From the NCBI GenBank assembly GCA_965199825.1, contig OZ241329.1, positions 2,656,001 through 2,720,000 of the forward strand: a stretch of 64,000 nt of DNA, read 5' to 3'. Source of the DNA: Bdellovibrionales bacterium. GTDB lineage: Bacteria > Bdellovibrionota > Bdellovibrionia > Bdellovibrionales > UBA1609. Position 1 is the stretch's first letter. Every line of letters begins with the position of its first letter. The notes below the pieces were generated by a model, which was given only the letters and a program-made list of their open reading frames with translations, searched no databases and had not been told where the DNA came from. The position numbers and the translations under genes are program-made. Positions 58,948 to 64,000 of this stretch are shown in pieces.

Positions 58948-59553
58948 TCATAAAGTTAGGCTAAATTGCAGCTGGCTCGAAAAAGTTTCTAAAGGTTCAC
59001 GTCGAGCTGATTTTGAACCCCCTTTCTTACTCCAAAATTTCCAAATTTCCTTTCGCCGCAACTGATAAGCCAATCGAGCTTCCATTCCGTAAACAGCTTG
59101 TATCTGATTACAAACTAAATATTCATACATTCGAGCTTCGTCTCTCCCTTTTGAAATAATCCGCGTGAACACCAGGGCATCCCAAAATTTGCCAAACTTT
59201 TTTCCTTTTTGAGCTTTAGAAACAATCCGTGCAATTAGGCCAAGCACGACACGAAGGAAATTTTGAATCATTGGTCGGTTTTGAAATTTTAAGAGAAGAT
59301 GAAAGTGTGTTCCGACGTTACTAAATTCAGCAATACGCACACCGTATACTTTCGCTTTTTCAAAAATTAAATCCTTCAACTGTGTTTGATAATAAAGGCT
59401 TTTAAAACTTAATTTGTTCACTGCGTGTTGGGATCTCATCACCACATGATGCAGTCGTTTTGGATCAAGAGGTCGGGCGGTTTTACGTTTGCCCGCAGCA
59501 GTTCCTCCATGAGATTTACGATTATTTCTTTTAAAAAATTCCTGCTGCTTCAT
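58948..59553 (-). mobile_element. Y1/HUH tyrosine transposase-like protein (IS200/RAYT superfamily)
   Basis: 'HHVVMRS', HUH motif 'VGTHFHLLL', 'KFW...FTRII', catalytic-Tyr helix 'YLVCN'. Confidence 0.8.
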
Positions 59554-59556
59554 TCA

Positions 59557-59981
59557 TGTAAACTATATTTATTTTTAATAAAAATCAATGAAATGAATTG
59601 GGCAATGTCATTTATCAATTAAGATTTTGAGGAATGTAGACGTTTTTGAAATACAATTTATTTCTAGAGGGTCGATGTTAAAAGCTATTTAAGTTTATTT
59701 CCGTAGTCATTTTTGAAAATCTTTATCCGGGGCAGTGTCATTTGTGAATGAGAACTTGAAAAGTCTCAACCTTCGCAAGGTTCAAAATTTAATACCGAAG
59801 TAGCAAGCAGAGCTTGTAAACTATTTCTGGTCACCAATTCTTTTAGAGAGCTCATAGGCGGGGCAATGTCATTTCTCAATTTCGATTTTAAAAATATCTT
59901 TCTGAAGTAGTAAGAAGAGACTATAAACTAATTCAATTTACGTTTACCGAAAGCGATCCCACAGGCGGGGCAGTGTCACTT
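59557..59981. repeat. Degenerate four-unit repeat array with unique intervening segments, upstream of the HUH gene
   Basis: GGCA(A/G)TGTCA(T/C)TT at 59601, 59731, 59862 and 59969, each 38-46 nt downstream of an AAA(G)CTA motif. Confidence 0.75.
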
Positions 59982-60172
59982 GAACCCCCGTTCGAACGCC
60001 CAACCTCGAAGCCCCGATCAAAACCCCCGATCAAACCCCCGCACAAAACCCCCGCACAAAACCCCGATCAAACGCCCAACCTCAAACCCCCAACCTCGAA
60101 CGCCCAATCTCAAACCCCCTCCTCGAACCCCAGCTCAAAACCCCCGATCGAGCCTCCGTTCGAACCCCCACG
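59980..60172. repeat. C-rich microsatellite, 15 units of 12-14 bp (consensus TCRAA(A)CCCCCR..)
   Basis: Directly visible tandem units such as tcaaaacccccga, tcaaacccccgc and tcgaacgcccaacc. Confidence 0.9.
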
Positions 60173-60261
60173 GAAAGTCACCGACAAAATCAGCAGCCAC
60201 AAAATAATCCGAGACATCAACCACCGCCTCCACCACAAAAAATAGTGACCTCCGCTCAAAT

Positions 60262-60921
60262 TTGAAAAATAATAGGCAATTGAATAATCCAAAACTTTGC
60301 CCCCTCTGCAAAACCGCCCAAAATGAGCGTCTCGAAACACGCACATCAACTTATTTTGTTTGCTTCACTTGTGATTTGCATTTTCAAGATCCACAGAATC
60401 ATCTCAATGCGAGCGCTGAAAAAGAGCGCTATTTGCTCCACAACAACGATCCCACTGACATAAGATACCAAGATTTTGTGAGGCCAGCCCTCAACCAAAT
60501 TCTTGAGCGCTGTCCGCCATCGGCAAAGGGGTTGGATTTTGGTGCGGGCAAAAGTGCGGTACTCACCAGGATGTTGCGCGAAAACAATTATCACATTGAG
60601 CTTTATGATCCATTTTTTTGGACCGACGAATCGGTTCTGCAAAATAAATATGATTTTGTTTGTGCGTGCGAGGTGGTGGAGCATTTTTTTGATCCCGCCA
60701 AAGAATTCTCAAAATTGAAACAGCTGCTCCAAAAAAATGGGGTTTTGGTATTGATGACTCTCTTAAAATTGCCAGAGCAGGATTTTGCCAGCTGGTATTA
60801 CATCAAGGATCCAACCCATGTGGTTTTTTATTCGGCCAAAACATTTCAATTTATTGTAGATCAGTTCGGGTTTGCAAAACTTGAGGTCGTATCACCTCGG
60901 CTTGTGGTCTTAAGTGCTTAG
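60262..60921 (+). CDS. Class I SAM-dependent methyltransferase with N-terminal Zn ribbon
   Basis: 'CPLC...CFTC', 'RYLLHNND', 'GLDFGAG', 'YDPFF', 'EVVEHF', 'WYYIKDPTHVVFY'. Confidence 0.85.
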   Translation: MKNNRQLNNPKLCPLCKTAQNERLETRTSTYFVCFTCDLHFQDPQNHLNASAEKERYLLHNNDPTDIRYQDFVRPALNQILERCPPSAKGLDFGAGKSAVLTRMLRENNYHIELYDPFFWTDESVLQNKYDFVCACEVVEHFFDPAKEFSKLKQLLQKNGVLVLMTLLKLPEQDFASWYYIKDPTHVVFYSAKTFQFIVDQFGFAKLEVVSPRLVVLSA

Positions 60922-62802
60922 CAATTGCTCGAGCTCTTCCCACCGGGTGTACTTACTCGACAATTCTTTTTCTAAATTTTTTTGCAGAGCCACCAATTCT
61001 TTCACCGCCGCGCCATCGGCATACACTTTGGTCAGTTGAGTTTGCACATCGAGCTGTTGGGCTTCGCTCTCGGCAATTTGTTTTTCGAGTTTTTCTTTTT
61101 CGCGTAACAGCTGGCGCTGCTGATTTTTTTCGCGCGGCTTTTTCTGCACGCTCGCTTCGGGCGCAGCGTTGCCCTGATCTTTTGCTAATTGATTGGAAGC
61201 CTCACGAATTTTGCGCGCCAAATATTCAGGGTATGTCGCTGTGGAATGAATCACCAGTGAACCCTCAGGTGTTGGCTCGATTTCTAAAACGCTATCCACC
61301 AGTGGCGTTACAAAATCGCGATCATGCGAAACCAAACATAAGGTACCATCGTAATCTTGCAAGGCTTCAAGTAAAACCCCGCGCGATTCCACATCCAAAT
61401 GGTTGGTCGGCTCATCCAGTACTAAAAAATTCGCAGGAGCTAAGAGTAATTTTGCAAGTGCTACGCGCGCTTTTTCGCCGCCCGATAAAACTCCACAACG
61501 CTTTTGAACCGCATCGCCCGAAAACAAAAAAGCTCCGGCAATCGCACGCACGTTAGCAACCGGCATATCGGGAGCCGTATTTTCCAATTCCTGCACGACC
61601 GTATTGTTCATATTGAGAGTTTCGGCCTGCATCTGTGAGTAATAACCGACCTGAACTTGGTGACCCAATTTAATTTCGCCCGAGGTGGGTTGAACTTGTT
61701 GGGCCAACATTTTCAATAAGGTTGTCTTACCTGCACCATTCACACCAACGATTGCGGTGCGGGTGCCTTTTCGAATCAGCCAGTTCAAATCACGAAATAA
61801 TTTTTTGGATTCAAATTTCATTGCGGCGTCTTTCACAATCACAATATCTTTTCCACAATGGGGAACTGGCGGAAATCGAAAATTGACGGTGGCCCGCGCT
61901 TCTGGAAGTTCGATGCGGTCCATTTTTTCTAAAGTTTTTAATTTACTCTGGGCCTGCCGAGCTTTACTGGCCTTGGCTCCAAAGCGACTCACAAAGGCTT
62001 CGACTTCGGCGATCTTGGCCTGTTGCCCCGCATACTGAGCACGCATGATTTCGAGTCGCTCTGCTTTTTGAATGGTGTAGGAATCAAGATTTCCGGTGTA
62101 GCTCCACAATCTTTTTTGATCGATCTCTAAAACCTCGGTCACAAGCCGATTTAAAAATGCAATATCGTGACTGATCACCAACATCGCACCGCGAGAGTTT
62201 TGCAAAAACTCTTCAAGCCACAAAAGGGATTCGAGATCCAAGTGATTGGTTGGCTCATCGAGCAGTAACAGATCGGGATCCATCAACAAAATGCGCGAGA
62301 GTGCGACCCGCATCAACCATCCACCGCTAAATTCGGTAAGTGATCTTGAGAAATCTTTTTCGCCAAATCCCATTCCGCTCAAAATAGTTTTTGCGCGCGA
62401 TTCAAGCCGATACTCATCAAGATGCTCAAGCTCTTCTAAAATTCGGCCGTAGCGTTCGAGTTGTTTTTCATCCACGTCTTTTTCAAATAAAATTTCGAGC
62501 TCGGCCTTTGCGAGAAGTAACCCCTCTCTGCGACCATCCATACGCAGCGTCTCTGCCAATACGGTACGGCCCGACATTTTGGGCACCTCTTGAGGCAGAT
62601 AACCAATTGCCAAGTGCGAGGTTCTTGCAACCTGCCCCGAGTCTGGCTCGTCAAAGCCCATCAAAATTTTAATTAAGGTGCTTTTGCCAGCACCATTTGG
62701 GCCAATCAGGGCGGTGCGTGAACGAAACCCGATATGCGCATTGGCATCTTCAAAAAGAGTTTTGGGTCCGTACTGTTTACTTATATTTTGGATGTGAAGC
62801 AT
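60910..62802 (-). CDS. ABC-F family ATPase
   Basis: Two ABC domains ('GPNGAGKST', 'FSGGW', 'LDEPTNHLD'; 'GVNGAGKTT', 'LSGGE'), no TM helices, coiled-coil tail. Confidence 0.95.
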   Translation of the reverse strand: MLHIQNISKQYGPKTLFEDANAHIGFRSRTALIGPNGAGKSTLIKILMGFDEPDSGQVARTSHLAIGYLPQEVPKMSGRTVLAETLRMDGRREGLLLAKAELEILFEKDVDEKQLERYGRILEELEHLDEYRLESRAKTILSGMGFGEKDFSRSLTEFSGGWLMRVALSRILLMDPDLLLLDEPTNHLDLESLLWLEEFLQNSRGAMLVISHDIAFLNRLVTEVLEIDQKRLWSYTGNLDSYTIQKAERLEIMRAQYAGQQAKIAEVEAFVSRFGAKASKARQAQSKLKTLEKMDRIELPEARATVNFRFPPVPHCGKDIVIVKDAAMKFESKKLFRDLNWLIRKGTRTAIVGVNGAGKTTLLKMLAQQVQPTSGEIKLGHQVQVGYYSQMQAETLNMNNTVVQELENTAPDMPVANVRAIAGAFLFSGDAVQKRCGVLSGGEKARVALAKLLLAPANFLVLDEPTNHLDVESRGVLLEALQDYDGTLCLVSHDRDFVTPLVDSVLEIEPTPEGSLVIHSTATYPEYLARKIREASNQLAKDQGNAAPEASVQKKPREKNQQRQLLREKEKLEKQIAESEAQQLDVQTQLTKVYADGAAVKELVALQKNLEKELSSKYTRWEELEQLLST

Positions 62803-62993
62803 ACATAAGCTCCTAACACTTTCGCCCGGTCTTCGCCACCCTCGATATGCTGAGGCCCATTTGGGACCAAGCCTCTCATTTAATACCTTCGTTCACCTAC
62901 AAATTAAAGAACTGGATAAAATCCTTAACCTTGGTCGTAAATCTGTTAGGCTCGAGTCAAAAGCACAGGTCAATCCCCCAACGGAAGTTTTTG

Positions 62994-64000
62994 ATGATGA
63001 TTCTTTTTTTATTTTTTGCGCTGACCGCTCTGGCTGATACCTCATGTGAACCCGAAGTGAGGGCTCAATGTTTAAGTAAACCTTTTGAATGTCTTAATAA
63101 TACGTCGCTGCCCCAAAACTGCCGCGACGAGCTTAAACGTCTTTTACTTATTAAAAAGCAAAGCATGGAGCGTGGTGGAGGTGCCCTCACGTCGTTTGGC
63201 GGATTCAATGCGATCGGACCACAAATTCCAATGGCAGGTTATGACGGATACTTTGCAAATCGGATTGAAAATCGACTTTCGGTTTCACCACGACTGTATC
63301 AATCCGAAACCGATTCCCTAGGGCTGACCTTCTCTGTGGCCCAAACCCATTTTTATCAACCCTTAAAGCTCGACGATGGAGAAAATATTTCGAGCACATG
63401 GTCAAGATTCGAAATCAGCTCACAATATTCTTACAAAACTTTAAATAAAAAAAGTTGGTCTTTTAAAGGCGCGCTCGGCTATGCAGGGGATTCTCCATCG
63501 ACGATGCCAAAAGATCTCAGCTTTAGTTTTATGATGAGTTATGGTTTTGAAGGTTCAGGTACTGATTATTGGGTTCTTTTGGTGATGGTCGCAAACAACA
63601 GTCAATTTGCCAATTTTGTTCCCTTACCTGGATTTATATATATCCATCGCACAAAAACTTTAACCGGCCTTTTTGGATTTCCTATTCTGTCGCTTCAGTG
63701 GACCCCTTCCGCTCAAAGTTCATATTCGTTATCGCTTTTTGGGCTCAACGCTCAAGCCGAATATGCATATGGAGATGACGTTCGCTACTTTATAAACTAC
63801 TCCTATTTAATTCAAAGTTATATTCCGGCAAACCGAGCTGAAGATCGCGATCGCTTTAATATTCATGAACAAAAATTTGGTCCAGGGATTCGTTTGCCCG
63901 TTAATAAAACCAATCGATTCGAAGCCCAAACTGGATACAGTTTTGACCGAGAGAATTTTATGAGCACTTCGGTTTTTAAACGCGATGGTGGCTCCACCCA
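62994..64000 (+). CDS. Probable outer-membrane beta-barrel protein with a Cys-rich N-terminal domain (3'-truncated; absent from the ORF track)
   Basis: Translated by hand: MMILFLFFALTALADTSCEPEVRAQCLSKPFECL...NCRDE...; open to the window end; alternating aromatic/hydrophobic strands ('PLPGFIY', 'GLFGFP', 'QTGYSFDR'). Confidence 0.7.
   Translation, partial: MMILFLFFALTALADTSCEPEVRAQCLSKPFECLNNTSLPQNCRDELKRLLLIKKQSMERGGGALTSFGGFNAIGPQIPMAGYDGYFANRIENRLSVSPRLYQSETDSLGLTFSVAQTHFYQPLKLDDGENISSTWSRFEISSQYSYKTLNKKSWSFKGALGYAGDSPSTMPKDLSFSFMMSYGFEGSGTDYWVLLVMVANNSQFANFVPLPGFIYIHRTKTLTGLFGFPILSLQWTPSAQSSYSLSLFGLNAQAEYAYGDDVRYFINYSYLIQSYIPANRAEDRDRFNIHEQKFGPGIRLPVNKTNRFEAQTGYSFDRENFMSTSVFKRDGGST

Noticed and set aside
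58757..59065. 102-aa ORF antisense to the HUH gene
   Set aside because: TTG start with no RBS, overlaps the HUH 3' end, no motifs.
59557..59981. Canonical CRISPR array
   Set aside because: The repeats are degenerate and bipartite with 107-131 bp periods, and there are no cas genes in the window. Reported as a non-CRISPR array instead.
59973..60349. Pro-rich or Gly-rich ORFs (59973-60245, 59980-60207, 60110-60349, 60135-60344)
   Set aside because: They are open only because the C-rich microsatellite lacks stop codons; unit lengths of 12/13/14 bp and the lack of an RBS argue against coding.

Overview
A compact, gene-dense bacterial chromosome segment. Gene content points to Bdellovibrionota (inference): an Agl-Glt-type gliding operon, vWA and PA14 lipoproteins, CarD/CdnL and a RAYT-like HUH protein. 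Housekeeping genes include rpmG, msrAB, tRNA-Cys, a comM/yifB-like ATPase, xerD, uvrC, uvrB, cysS, gltX, carD, recG, a Kef antiporter and an ABC-F ATPase. Three accessory blocks stand out. (1) A ~10 kb locus between uvrB and uvrC combines a CDP-3,6-dideoxyhexose (paratose/tyvelose-type) pathway with a DPM1-like GT2 and three GT-C-type membrane glycosyltransferases, one PIG-B/Alg9-like; no wzx/wzy is present. (2) A ten-gene Agl-Glt-like operon follows a near-consensus sigma54 promoter and ends in a vWA lipoprotein. (3) At 55.6-60.2 kb, a Y1/HUH RAYT-like gene has, directly upstream, a degenerate four-unit repeat array with ~29-nt unique segments, then a 15-unit C-rich microsatellite. Block 3 is the best candidate for an undescribed system. 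Family calls come from motif recognition by eye; no database searches were run.
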